This document shows, one piece after another, positions 55,092-64,000 of a DNA stretch of 64,000 nt (the stretch's first letter is position 1; the number at the start of each line of letters is the position of its first letter). Origin of the DNA: Patescibacteria group bacterium (GTDB lineage: Bacteria; Patescibacteriota; Patescibacteriia; JAHIZJ01). The stretch covers positions 228,940-292,939 of the forward strand of contig JBAZLK010000001.1 of the NCBI GenBank assembly GCA_041650335.1, read 5' to 3'. The position numbers and the translations under genes are program-made. The notes under the pieces are model-generated. The model saw only the letters and a list, made by a program, of their open reading frames with translations, made no database searches and was not told where the DNA came from.

Positions 55092-56846
55092 ATGAATTTC
55101 GCATCTATTATTATTGGACTCCTGGGCATTACCGCGCTTGTTTTTGGAGTCTTTTTTTGCCGGCATTTTTATCGTCAGCGTAAAATCTTGGAAGATAAGG
55201 CGCGCCACATGGAACGGCGCATGTTTGAATTGTCGATCTTAAAAGAGCTCGGCGACCGGATCGGCTACTCGCTCAATGTTCAGAACATCGTTGACATTAT
55301 TACCGGTTCGCTCCACCAGTTTATCGAGTACAGTGCTGTTTCGTACATGCTCCTGGAGCCGGAGAAACTCATCTTCAAAGTTCATCTTGAGAAGTCGGTC
55401 TCCCGAAAATTTATCAACGACATAAAGGATCGGATGCAAAAATCGCTCTCCGCCCTGCTGAACAAAGACATGCAAAAGATGACGGTCGAAGAAGTCTTGT
55501 CGGGCGCGATCGTCGTCGACGAAACTGACGCGCCGGTACAGTCGTTTTTTAACATTCCGCTGGTCATCGGCGAAAAGGTCGTCGGTGTTCTGACCGTCGC
55601 GCACACGATAGCGGGTTTGTACAAGGAAGAAGAGACTACCATTCTCTATAAAATAACTCGGCAGGCTTCTCAGGCCGTGACGCGGTTGCAGGAGGTCATC
55701 ACGATCGAGCAGCGAAAATTGAACGCCATGGTGGCGAGCATGACCGAGGGGGTTGTGATGACTGATCGCGATTATCGCGTCGTCGTGGTGAATCCGGTAG
55801 CCCGGCAGATCATCGGCCTCACTGACCGCCAGGAGGTAACCATTTTTGATTTTATCGACCGTCTCGGCGGCAAGTTTGATATTCGCGGACGGCTCGAGGA
55901 AAGCGTCAAGCTTGATAAAACGTTGTTGGCTGACGACGTGATTATTGGGGATCGCTCATTTCAGATTTTCGTCTCGCCGGTCAAAGGGACGATCGGTTTA
56001 AATGCCAGCGCGGTCTTGGGCGGCGTGGTGATTTTCCACGATATCACCCATGATAAGGAATTAGAAAAACTCCGCGAGGACTTCACCTCCATGATGGTTC
56101 ATGAGCTCCGGTCACCGCTGGCAGCGATTAAAATGATGACGCAATACCTCGATAAGAAGAAAACAGCCAAAGACCAAAAAACCCAAGGCCAGTATAATCA
56201 GCTGATTCAAAAAAACGCAGTCAGCATGCTCAATCTGGTCAACGACCTGCTCGATGTGGCAAAGCTCGAATCCGGTCGGTTTGAGGTCCACCTCGAGCCG
56301 ATGAATATTGCCACCACAATAAAGGATAAAGCCGCTTTCTATGAGCCGTTAGCCAAGAATCGGGAAATCGATCTCCAGGTTCAGCTGGCCGCAAATTTGC
56401 CAGAAGAAATCAATGGCGACACCGTTCGGATCGGTCAGGTGCTCGGTAATTTAATTTCAAATTCTCTCAAATATACGCATGGCGGCGGGACGGTAACAAT
56501 CCAATGTTTCGTTCATAAAAAAGGACGGTCCTGGAGCGAAGAAGCGGCGCATGAAAATATCCATTGGTTCCTGCCGGCAAAAAACGATCCGAAACTTCAA
56601 GCCGTCCCGGACACGGTCGTCGTGGCGATTACCGATACCGGCGATGGCATTGCCGCGGTAAATATCCCTCAGCTGTTTAACAAATTCGTCCAGTTCCGGT
56701 CTCGGGCCACGGACGAAGAAGGCCAGAAGGGAACCGGGCTTGGTTTAGTTATTGCCAAGGGAATTGTCGAGGCGCATAATGGAACCATCGGCGTTGCTTC
56801 CGAGGAAAGCCATGGGAGTACGTTTTATTTCACGTTACCAATGTGA
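55092..56846 (+). CDS. Sensor histidine kinase (TM-GAF-PAS-HisKA-HATPase)
   Basis: HELRSPL, NLISNSLKY, DTGDG, GTGLGL; GAF (IPLVIGEKVVGVL) and PAS (EGVVMTD...VNP). Confidence 0.95.
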   Translation: MNFASIIIGLLGITALVFGVFFCRHFYRQRKILEDKARHMERRMFELSILKELGDRIGYSLNVQNIVDIITGSLHQFIEYSAVSYMLLEPEKLIFKVHLEKSVSRKFINDIKDRMQKSLSALLNKDMQKMTVEEVLSGAIVVDETDAPVQSFFNIPLVIGEKVVGVLTVAHTIAGLYKEEETTILYKITRQASQAVTRLQEVITIEQRKLNAMVASMTEGVVMTDRDYRVVVVNPVARQIIGLTDRQEVTIFDFIDRLGGKFDIRGRLEESVKLDKTLLADDVIIGDRSFQIFVSPVKGTIGLNASAVLGGVVIFHDITHDKELEKLREDFTSMMVHELRSPLAAIKMMTQYLDKKKTAKDQKTQGQYNQLIQKNAVSMLNLVNDLLDVAKLESGRFEVHLEPMNIATTIKDKAAFYEPLAKNREIDLQVQLAANLPEEINGDTVRIGQVLGNLISNSLKYTHGGGTVTIQCFVHKKGRSWSEEAAHENIHWFLPAKNDPKLQAVPDTVVVAITDTGDGIAAVNIPQLFNKFVQFRSRATDEEGQKGTGLGLVIAKGIVEAHNGTIGVASEESHGSTFYFTLPM

Positions 56847-56868
56847 ATAAAAAAAGAGTATACTAAAC

Positions 56869-57378
56869 ATGAATATTATGAAAAAAACACCCGCGAACGC
56901 ACAGGCCGAGGACTACCGATCGCATTCAGTGCTCGTTGCCGATGATAATATCGCCACGCTCGAAGTCCTTACTGACGCGCTGAAGGATGCCGGCTTCATG
57001 GTCTATGCGGCCAAGGACGGCAGGGAAGCGCTCGAGCTGGCGTTGAAGAAACATCCCGATATCATCCTGCTGGACATTCAGATGCCGAAGATGGACGGCA
57101 TCAGCATGTTAACCGAGCTGCGCAAAGATCGCTGGGGGCGATATGCGATGGTAATTCTATTGACGCATTTACCGGGCTCAGATCGGGTCGCCAGGGCAAT
57201 ACAGCTGGGCGCCTTTGACTATCTCCAAAAAGCGAACTGGGATCTTGATTCAATCGTTGATCAGGTAAAGAAACGCATTGCGCTCAAAGTAGAGGCAGAA
57301 AAGAGAAAAACCAAATATAAACTCAAGCCCATACCGGCGTCAAAGAAAGAAATGGTTCAACGCCGAAAGATATCGTAA
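56869..57378 (+). CDS. Single-domain response regulator with basic C-tail
   Basis: VLVADD, PDIILLDIQMPKMDG, LT, GAFDYLQK. Confidence 0.93.
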   Translation: MNIMKKTPANAQAEDYRSHSVLVADDNIATLEVLTDALKDAGFMVYAAKDGREALELALKKHPDIILLDIQMPKMDGISMLTELRKDRWGRYAMVILLTHLPGSDRVARAIQLGAFDYLQKANWDLDSIVDQVKKRIALKVEAEKRKTKYKLKPIPASKKEMVQRRKIS

Positions 57379-57411
57379 GCCATAATTCCTCACCCGTAAC
57401 ATTATTCTCCT

Positions 57412-57738
57412 ATGCGGACTACAATAAATCGAAGGCGGTCGATGCAAAAGCTTTTCGCCAAAATATTTTACTGGGCTGGCACACTGCTGTTTATTGGCGT
57501 CGTGGTAATAGCGGTGATATTAAAAAAGGCTGTCGATCTGCCGCTGACGCCGGCGCTACAAAATTCCTTGATCGTTCTATTAGGCGTGAGCACGGCCGCT
57601 CTGTGTCTGGGCATAGTGAATTTTTCAGTGTATTTTATTCGCCACGGCGCACTTGCGCCTGAGGAAGTGAGGATCCCCAGAAAATATTATTTGGTGATAG
57701 TTATCTTTCTCGCGCTACTCGGTTTGTCAGCCATTTGA
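57412..57738 (+). CDS. Hypothetical 3-TM protein
   Basis: Hydrophobic ORF; terminator at 57764-57793. Confidence 0.6.
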   Translation: MRTTINRRRSMQKLFAKIFYWAGTLLFIGVVVIAVILKKAVDLPLTPALQNSLIVLLGVSTAALCLGIVNFSVYFIRHGALAPEEVRIPRKYYLVIVIFLALLGLSAI

Positions 57739-57896
57739 TCATACAACAGGCCATTTCATAGGCAAAAAGCCATCCTAATGCGGATGGTTTTTTGCTAACT
57801 TGACATTTTCAGCGGTTATTGTAGGATGTCCATTGTTGTACCCAGGCCGAGGTTTTCGGCCACGACGCACACCCAGACAGGGAGGAGGGTCAGAAC

Positions 57897-58277
57897 ATGG
57901 CCATTCGGGTCGCGACGGTGAAAGCGGTGGACTTCCAGGAGGGCATGACGGCGGAGCAGGTACTGGCGGCGGCCGGCGTGGAGTTCGATCTGGAGACCCA
58001 GCGCCTGGTGAGCGCGAAGGACGGCGAGATCAAGCCGGATGCGATCATCCAGGACGGCGACATCGTCAACGTCGAGCCGATCAGCAAGGGTCCCGCCGAG
58101 ACGGTGATCGACGAGACCGACGCGGGCAAGAAGCCGGGTGCCGAGACGGTGATCGACGAGACCGACGCGGGCAAGAAGCCGGGTGCCGAGACGGTCGTCG
58201 GCGAGGCTGGCGCGGGCGGCGGAGGCGGCGAGGCCGTCCAGGCTGCGGCTGGCGGAGCCGGGGCTGCGAAGGAGTAG
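57897..58277 (+). CDS. Ubiquitin-like (ThiS/MoaD beta-grasp) domain with repetitive C-terminal tail
   Basis: GMTAEQVLAAAG...IQDGDIVNVEPISKG; GGAGGAGG RBS; very GC-rich. Confidence 0.7.
   Translation: MAIRVATVKAVDFQEGMTAEQVLAAAGVEFDLETQRLVSAKDGEIKPDAIIQDGDIVNVEPISKGPAETVIDETDAGKKPGAETVIDETDAGKKPGAETVVGEAGAGGGGGEAVQAAAGGAGAAKE
58095..58195 (+). repeat. 45-bp tandem repeat (2 full copies plus partial), encoding AETVIDETDAGKKPG
   Basis: Identical units start at 58095 and 58140; partial unit at 58185. Confidence 0.95.
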
Positions 58278-58386
58278 CGGCTAGTCGTCTGATCGACGGC
58301 TGGACCGTGGCGGGGCTTGTTTGAAGAGCCCCGTTTTTTCTTAGCGGTTGTTTGCGGTAAAGGACATCGCGTGATATACTGAAACC

Positions 58387-58527
58387 ATGAAAAAGCAAAT
58401 TATTATTTTAGCCATTGTAGCGGTCGTAGCAATTTTAGTCTTCTTTTGGCTGACGTCGATTCGTAAAAATCTGGAAAAAACCGCTTATCATCAAATAAAA
58501 GCCGTGGCTGCGGTCGTGGAAATCTAA
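58387..58527 (+). CDS. Small single-TM protein (46 aa)
   Basis: MKKQIIILAIVAVVAILVFFWLTSIRK...; promoter-like TATACT just upstream. Confidence 0.5.
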   Translation: MKKQIIILAIVAVVAILVFFWLTSIRKNLEKTAYHQIKAVAAVVEI

Positions 58528-58548
58528 CCAGCTACGTTAGTGAATCAT

Positions 58549-58761
58549 ATGGAGCATAAACCACGTACAGATCTTATTAAAAGTGGGGTTACGTTTGAGG
58601 AAGAATTTGTTAATGTCTTGGCGCGCCGGATTGCTGAAACAAGAGAGTTTGGGGAATTAGACGAAGAAAAAAAAGACAAGATAATAAATATCCTTGATAT
58701 TCTGTTGAATGAGTCGGTCCGCCACGGAAAACTGTTACAAAATATACTGGATAAATACTAG
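58549..58761 (+). CDS. Half ferritin-like helical hairpin protein A
   Basis: FEEEF helix plus ESVRH (ExxH) helix. Confidence 0.6.
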   Translation: MEHKPRTDLIKSGVTFEEEFVNVLARRIAETREFGELDEEKKDKIINILDILLNESVRHGKLLQNILDKY

Positions 58762-58766
58762 GACAT

Positions 58767-58964
58767 ATGAATGATTATCGGACAACACTCATCAGAGAAT
58801 TTGCCGAATTGAAAGAGATGGAGTTGAATGCCGGGGGTCTTTATCAATCAATTTTGCCAAGCATATCTGATCCGGCCGACCTGAAGATTTTAGAGGGGAT
58901 TATTGCCGATGAGAATCGGCACGCAGCGATGGTTCAGGGGATTATCAATATTCTGGAGGCTTAA
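58767..58964 (+). CDS. Half ferritin-like helical hairpin protein B
   Basis: KEME...LY helix plus DENRH (ExxH) helix, rubrerythrin-like. Confidence 0.65.
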   Translation: MNDYRTTLIREFAELKEMELNAGGLYQSILPSISDPADLKILEGIIADENRHAAMVQGIINILEA

Positions 58965-59103
58965 TCCGGCATCGGGGAACGGCGAGGGGTAGGCAAAGGG
59001 TTATTATTCCCTGGGCGTACGGCTTGACATCGCGCCAAAATCCGATATACTCATGAAGTCCCAGGTCGGGCTGCCCCGGCGTTTTTTTTACCGCCATACC
59101 ACA

Positions 59104-60918
59104 ATGAATATTCGCAATGTCGCCATTATCGCTCACGTCGATCATGGCAAAACAACACTTGTCGACGCGCTCTTGCGCCAATCAAAAACCTGGCTGAATA
59201 AAGAAGTCGCCGGGACTGATTTGATTATGGATTCGAATGACCTGGAGCGTGAGCGCGGGATTACCATTTTTTCAAAAAACGCATCGGTTGTCTGGCGGGG
59301 CATTAAGATTAATATTATTGATACACCCGGTCACGCCGATTTCGGCGGCGAAGTGGAGCGGGTGTTAAACATGGCTGACGGTTGCTTACTGCTCGTCGAC
59401 GCGAAAGAAGGGCCGATGCCGCAAACGCGCTTTGTTCTGAAAAAAGCCCTGGCCATGGGTCTGCGGATCATCGTGGTCGTGAACAAGATCGATAAACCCG
59501 ATGCCCGTCCAGCCGAAGTGCTTGATCGGACGTTTGACCTGTTTGTCGAGTTGGGCGCGGATGACCGGACGCTCGATTTTCCCGTGCTCTACGCCTCGGC
59601 GAAAGAGGGCCGGGCTGGTCTCACGGCAGAGCTGGCCAGTTTGACCGATATCACCCCGATTTTTGACGCCATCCTCAATGAAATACCGGCGCCGACTGGC
59701 GATCCCGCCAAACCGCTGCAGCTGCTGATCACTTCAATCGGCGCTGATGCGTACAAAGGCCGGATAGCGACTGGTCGCATCGCTCAGGGAGTGATTCGGT
59801 CAGGTGACACGATTACCCATATCAGCCGGTCAGGGATTCAAAAGAAATACCGCCTTGTTTCGCTCATGACGTATACCGGCCTTGAACGCGTCGATGTGAC
59901 CGAGGCCTCGGCCGGCGATATTGTCGCTCTGGCCGGCATTCCCGACGTGACGATCGGCGAAACGATCGCGGATGACGAAAATCCGATCGCACTGCCACTG
60001 CTCGATATTGAAGAGCCGACCGTAAAAATAACGCTGCGCGTGAATGATTCGCCGTTTGCCGGCCGGGAGGGACAGTATTGCACCTCGCGGCAGATTAACG
60101 AGCGCTTGGAAAAGGAGCTAGAAACGGATTTAGCCCTCCGAGTGGAAGACAGCCCCTCGGGCGGCTGGGCAGTGTCCGGTCGGGGTGAATTACACCTTGC
60201 CATTTTGATTGAACGGCTCCGGCGCGAGGGCTATGAACTGCAGGTTTCCCGGCCGCACGTGATTCTTCGGACGGTTGACGGCGTTGTTCAGGCGCCATTC
60301 GAGCGCGTTTTTGTCGAAGTGCCTGAGCCTCACAGCGGCGCTGTTATCCAAAAACTGGGCAGTCGGGGCGGGGAAATGCACGATTTCCAAACCCGCGAGG
60401 GCATCAGTTATTTGGAATTTGTCATTCCCACCCGAGGCCTCTTTGGTTTCCGGAGTGAATTTCTGACGGATACGCGCGGTCTCGGCATCATGAATACCCT
60501 GTTTGAGGGCTATTTTCCTGATCCGGGCAACTGGCATGAGCGCGAACAGGGCTCACTTGTCGCCCACGAAAGCGGTGTTTCAAATCTTTACGGATTACTC
60601 AACGTCCAGGACCGCGGCACGTTTTTCATCGGTCCGGGCGTCGAGGTGTATAAAGGCCAGGTTGTGGGGCAAAATTCGCGCGAGGATGATATTCACGTAA
60701 ATGTTTGTAAAACAAAGCAGCTTTCAAATATGCGTTCGAAGGGCGACGGTAGCGCCGAACATTTCAATCGGCCAAAGGAAATGGGCCTCGAGGATGCCCT
60801 GGAGTATATCAGTGACGATGAATTAGTCGAAGTCACGCCGAAATCGATCCGGATACGAAAAAAAACCTTAGACCAGGCAATCGCGAAAAAGCTCGCCCGC
60901 GAGGGAAAGGGCGCGTAA
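59104..60918 (+). CDS. typA: Translational GTPase TypA/BipA
   Basis: IRNVAIIAHVDHGKTTL, ERGITI, DTPGHADFGGEVER, GRGELHL, LVEVTP. Confidence 0.97.
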   Translation: MNIRNVAIIAHVDHGKTTLVDALLRQSKTWLNKEVAGTDLIMDSNDLERERGITIFSKNASVVWRGIKINIIDTPGHADFGGEVERVLNMADGCLLLVDAKEGPMPQTRFVLKKALAMGLRIIVVVNKIDKPDARPAEVLDRTFDLFVELGADDRTLDFPVLYASAKEGRAGLTAELASLTDITPIFDAILNEIPAPTGDPAKPLQLLITSIGADAYKGRIATGRIAQGVIRSGDTITHISRSGIQKKYRLVSLMTYTGLERVDVTEASAGDIVALAGIPDVTIGETIADDENPIALPLLDIEEPTVKITLRVNDSPFAGREGQYCTSRQINERLEKELETDLALRVEDSPSGGWAVSGRGELHLAILIERLRREGYELQVSRPHVILRTVDGVVQAPFERVFVEVPEPHSGAVIQKLGSRGGEMHDFQTREGISYLEFVIPTRGLFGFRSEFLTDTRGLGIMNTLFEGYFPDPGNWHEREQGSLVAHESGVSNLYGLLNVQDRGTFFIGPGVEVYKGQVVGQNSREDDIHVNVCKTKQLSNMRSKGDGSAEHFNRPKEMGLEDALEYISDDELVEVTPKSIRIRKKTLDQAIAKKLAREGKGA

Positions 60919-60961
60919 GCCGGTTTTTGACAGACCGCTACGTGCACGGTAGTCTTAGGAG

Positions 60962-61606
60962 GTGACAAATATCTTTGCCGTCTATAAGCCTGTCGGTCCG
61001 ACCTCGAACGACATCCTTGAGGATATCCGTCGTCGCACCGGCATAAAAAAAGTCGGCCACGCTGGCACACTCGATCCGCTCGCCAGCGGCGTTTTGGTTG
61101 TGGCCATCGGCCGCAACGCGACGAAGCGACTTTCGGCAGAGGTGGCCAAGGAGAAAGAATACCTTGCCGCTATCCGGCTCGGCGAGGAAAGCACGACCGA
61201 CGACGCGGAGGGCGAAAAAACGAAACAGGCAATTGAAACACCGCCGAGTCGTGAGCAGATTCAAGAAATTTTGCCACAATTTGTCGGTCAGATCGAGCAG
61301 ATGCCGCCGAAATATAGCGCCGTAAAGATCAAGGGACGGGAAGCCTATAAATACGCCCGTCAGAATCAAGCCGTTATCTTGGAGCCGAGAATGGTCACGG
61401 TAAAAGAAATTACGTTGGTTTCATATGCCTGGCCGGACGTCGTCTTGCGCGTCGTCACCGGACCGGGCGTCTACATCCGTTCCCTGGCCAGGGATCTCGG
61501 TCGGGCCCTCGGTGTCGGTGGCTATATTTTCGCTTTGGAGCGGACGCGGGTGGGGGAGTTTACGAAAGATCAGTGCGTCAATCCCGATCAAATAACGGTA
61601 CGATAA
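60962..61606 (+). CDS. truB: tRNA pseudouridine(55) synthase (short form)
   Basis: KPVGPTS, KVGHAGTLDPLASGVL, PPKYSA, YIRSLARDLG, LERTRVG. Confidence 0.95.
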   Translation: MTNIFAVYKPVGPTSNDILEDIRRRTGIKKVGHAGTLDPLASGVLVVAIGRNATKRLSAEVAKEKEYLAAIRLGEESTTDDAEGEKTKQAIETPPSREQIQEILPQFVGQIEQMPPKYSAVKIKGREAYKYARQNQAVILEPRMVTVKEITLVSYAWPDVVLRVVTGPGVYIRSLARDLGRALGVGGYIFALERTRVGEFTKDQCVNPDQITVR

Positions 61607-61638
61607 TACAGATGACACAAATATCCATATTTGATACT

Positions 61639-62334
61639 ATGAAACAGTCTATGAATGAAAAAATGATCCGGCTTTCACCAAGCACTGGCCTGAATCTTTA
61701 CCGCGAATGTCCGCGCTGTTTTTGGCTGCATCACAATAAAGGCATCCATCGGCCGCGCGGAATATTCCCGTCTTTGCCCGGCGGGATGGATCTGGTCATC
61801 AAGGACTACATGGACAGCTTCCGAAAACGCGACGCCATGCCGCCTGAACTCGCCGGACAAGTAGAAGGCAAACTCATGACTGACCTGGCTTTGATGAATA
61901 AATGGCGAAATTGGCGCACCGGCATGGAATATAAAGACACTGCGATGAACGCCGTACTTTTCGGCGCGCTTGACGAATGCCTCTTTGATAATGGCACGTA
62001 CATCCCGCTTGATTATAAAACGAGGGGGAGCGCGCCAAAAGAGGGGGACTCAGAACGGTATTATCAAGCCCAGCTCGACGCCTACACCTTGCTTTTATCT
62101 GAAAACGGCTATCCGACAAAGAATCTCGCCTATTTGCTGTACTATTATCCCCATGAGGTCAGGCAAAACGGTGAGGTGACATTTCGAACCAAGGTTATCC
62201 GTCTGAGCACTGACGTCGCACGCGCCAAAAAATTATTCAGCGAAGCGGTGCGGGTATTGCGCGGGCCAATTCCGAAACGGCACAGCAACTGCGAGTATTG
62301 CACCTGGAACCACAGCCTTAATGAATTTGATTAA
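61639..62334 (+). CDS. PD-(D/E)XK nuclease, Cas4/AddB-like with Cys cluster
   Basis: LSPS...ECPRCFW, GALD, PLDYKT, QLDAY, CEYC. Start uncertain. Confidence 0.85.
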   Translation: MKQSMNEKMIRLSPSTGLNLYRECPRCFWLHHNKGIHRPRGIFPSLPGGMDLVIKDYMDSFRKRDAMPPELAGQVEGKLMTDLALMNKWRNWRTGMEYKDTAMNAVLFGALDECLFDNGTYIPLDYKTRGSAPKEGDSERYYQAQLDAYTLLLSENGYPTKNLAYLLYYYPHEVRQNGEVTFRTKVIRLSTDVARAKKLFSEAVRVLRGPIPKRHSNCEYCTWNHSLNEFD

Positions 62335-62351
62335 CCATTAACGAAAATGCC

Positions 62352-62798
62352 ATGATGCGACTAATGAGTCATAATTTTATTGACAGCGGAAAAATTCCGT
62401 CAAAATACACCTGCGACAGCGAAGGAGTAAATCCGCATTTATCTTGGGAGGGCGCACCCGAGGGGACGAAAAGTTTTGCCGTAACCTGCCTTGATCCGGA
62501 TGCGACCATCGGCGAGTTCGCCCATTGGCTCATCGTCAATATTCCACCAACGGTACACGAAATTCCTGAGCAGTCCTCTTGTCCAGCCGGCGCTGATGAG
62601 ATCGAGAATGACTCTGGCCGACCCGGCTACCACGGACCATGTCCACCGCGCGGCGAGCATCGGTATATTTTCACGATCTATGCGCTGGGGATTGAACATG
62701 TCGAGGGATTAAACCGGGAAACATTTGTGGCTGAGGTAAAAAAACACGCACTTGATTCGGCCTCCCTGACAGGACTATATCAACGGGTTATTCGATAA
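62352..62798 (+). CDS. YbhB/YbcL (PEBP/Raf kinase inhibitor-like) protein
   Basis: DPDA, HW, GPCPP, HRY. Confidence 0.92.
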   Translation: MMRLMSHNFIDSGKIPSKYTCDSEGVNPHLSWEGAPEGTKSFAVTCLDPDATIGEFAHWLIVNIPPTVHEIPEQSSCPAGADEIENDSGRPGYHGPCPPRGEHRYIFTIYALGIEHVEGLNRETFVAEVKKHALDSASLTGLYQRVIR

Positions 62799-62803
62799 AA
62801 AGA

Positions 62804-63967
62804 ATGGGATCAGAAAAATACTATTCATACCGGGGGAAAATGAGTCGTGCCAATCGAAAATTCAGCACGGTCTACGTTGTTATCGGATGCATAGTTGCGC
62901 TCATTGCTGGCGCAATAATTATTGTGGCGAGTAGGCATACGCCGGTTTCCAGCCCTTTGGGTCTCTTAGCCGGTACCTCAAAGGGTGCGTCAGATAATTC
63001 CGGTACCAATACTTCTCCGCCAACTCGGTCTGGAAGAACCACCCTTATCGCAGTTGGCGATATCATGCTTTCGCGGACAGTCGGTCAGAAAATACGTGAG
63101 CACGGGATCGGGTACCCCTTCGAAAAAACCACCGGAATATTAACCTCGGGCGATTTTGCTTTTGGCAATCTCGAAACTTCGATTACCGAGGGGCCGGTTG
63201 TGAAAAGCGGAACGATGATGTTCCGGGCTGATCCCGGCGTTGAAAACGCCCTCAAGGATAATGAGCTCATCATTCTTTCGCTGGCGAACAATCATACGCC
63301 AAATTACGGACAGAAAGGCCTGCTTGATACGTTTGATTATCTGACAAAGGCTGGAATCCAATATGTTGGGGCTGGGAAGAATGGTGAAGAGGCGCATACT
63401 CCGAAAATAGTTGAGCGCGCCGGCACGCGCATTGCCTTCCTTGCCTACAACGACAGCGATGTCGTACCGGCGTCGTATGAAGCGAGTTCCAGTCGGGCCG
63501 GGACTGCTCTGATGAATATCAATACGTTGAAGAAAGATATTGAAACAGCGAAACAAAAAGCTGACGTTGTTTTTGTGTCAATGCATTCAGGTACGGAATA
63601 CGTCCCTGGCCCCAATGCGCGGCAGACTGCTTTTGCCCACGCGGCCATTGAGGCCGGCGCCGAGTTGGTCATTGGCCATCATCCTCATGTTGTTCAAAGC
63701 GTCGAGGAATATCAGGGCAAGCTCATCATCTATAGTTTAGGAAATTTTGTCTTTGATCAAATGTGGTCGACTGAAACGCAGCAGGGCGTCGTGGCCGAAA
63801 TTTTACTGGCCGGATCAACGGTAACGAATGTCGAATTTACGCCGATCATGATTGAAGACTATGCACAGCCGCGTCTCGCGCAAGGCGAGGAGATTAATAC
63901 GATTCTTGATCGTCTCCAGCTGGATAAAATCAGCCAGCGCGCTTCTGGCTGGTCGCCCGACAAGTGA
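62804..63967 (+). CDS. CapA (PGA_cap) metallophosphatase family protein
   Basis: VGDIML, GNLE, SLANNH, GHHPHV, YSLGNFVFDQ; N-terminal TM. Confidence 0.92.
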   Translation: MGSEKYYSYRGKMSRANRKFSTVYVVIGCIVALIAGAIIIVASRHTPVSSPLGLLAGTSKGASDNSGTNTSPPTRSGRTTLIAVGDIMLSRTVGQKIREHGIGYPFEKTTGILTSGDFAFGNLETSITEGPVVKSGTMMFRADPGVENALKDNELIILSLANNHTPNYGQKGLLDTFDYLTKAGIQYVGAGKNGEEAHTPKIVERAGTRIAFLAYNDSDVVPASYEASSSRAGTALMNINTLKKDIETAKQKADVVFVSMHSGTEYVPGPNARQTAFAHAAIEAGAELVIGHHPHVVQSVEEYQGKLIIYSLGNFVFDQMWSTETQQGVVAEILLAGSTVTNVEFTPIMIEDYAQPRLAQGEEINTILDRLQLDKISQRASGWSPDK

Positions 63968-64000
63968 AGCGGTGTTATCCATTGTGACAAACAGAAAGAC

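Noticed and set aside
58095-58195. 45-bp tandem repeat as CRISPR or mobile element end
   Set aside because: No spacers; it is an in-frame coding repeat.
1-64000. Alternative genetic code (UGA recoding), prophage, IS elements, rRNA
   Set aside because: Conserved genes are intact under code 11 and several end in TGA; no integrase, transposase, phage structural gene or rRNA signature was seen.

Overview
Bacterial genomic DNA of about 50% GC, standard code 11. Gene content and protein styles point to a Patescibacteria (CPR/Parcubacteria, probably ABY1-like) genome; this taxonomy is inference. In order, the window holds: the 3' part of pyrG; rpmA; a minus-strand type IV pilus assembly operon (pilB, pilC, two prepilins, pilX-, pilM-, pilN-, pilO-like); a GT-C glycosyltransferase; a dcw cluster with swapped halves (mraY-murD-ftsW-murG-murC-murB precedes mraZ-rsmH-ftsL-ftsI-murF); a degenerate asparaginase plus NDT-fold/RHH regulator pair; ssb flanked by several structured non-coding segments; an accessory stretch (PEGA/beta-propeller lipoprotein, C39 peptidase, HD protein, kinase, secreted protein, heliorhodopsin); an ABC-2 exporter; the infA-rpsI operon; flippase and glycosyltransferases; tRNA-Thr, rpmG, tRNA-Trp; proS; a two-component module; an orphan ubiquitin-like protein; two half-ferritin ORFs; typA, truB, a Cas4-like nuclease, YbhB and CapA. 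Best leads: (1) a dispersed class of GC-rich orphan gene cassettes with their own promoters, strong SD motifs and a shared leader motif; (2) the ssb locus, with a repeat-bearing switchable leader and two downstream G-U-rich structured RNA candidates; (3) RpoA with the alpha-CTD replaced by an AT-hook tail; (4) a murD/kinase chimeric scar that looks like homology-facilitated illegitimate recombination; (5) a heliorhodopsin. All calls come from reading the sequence; no searches were run.
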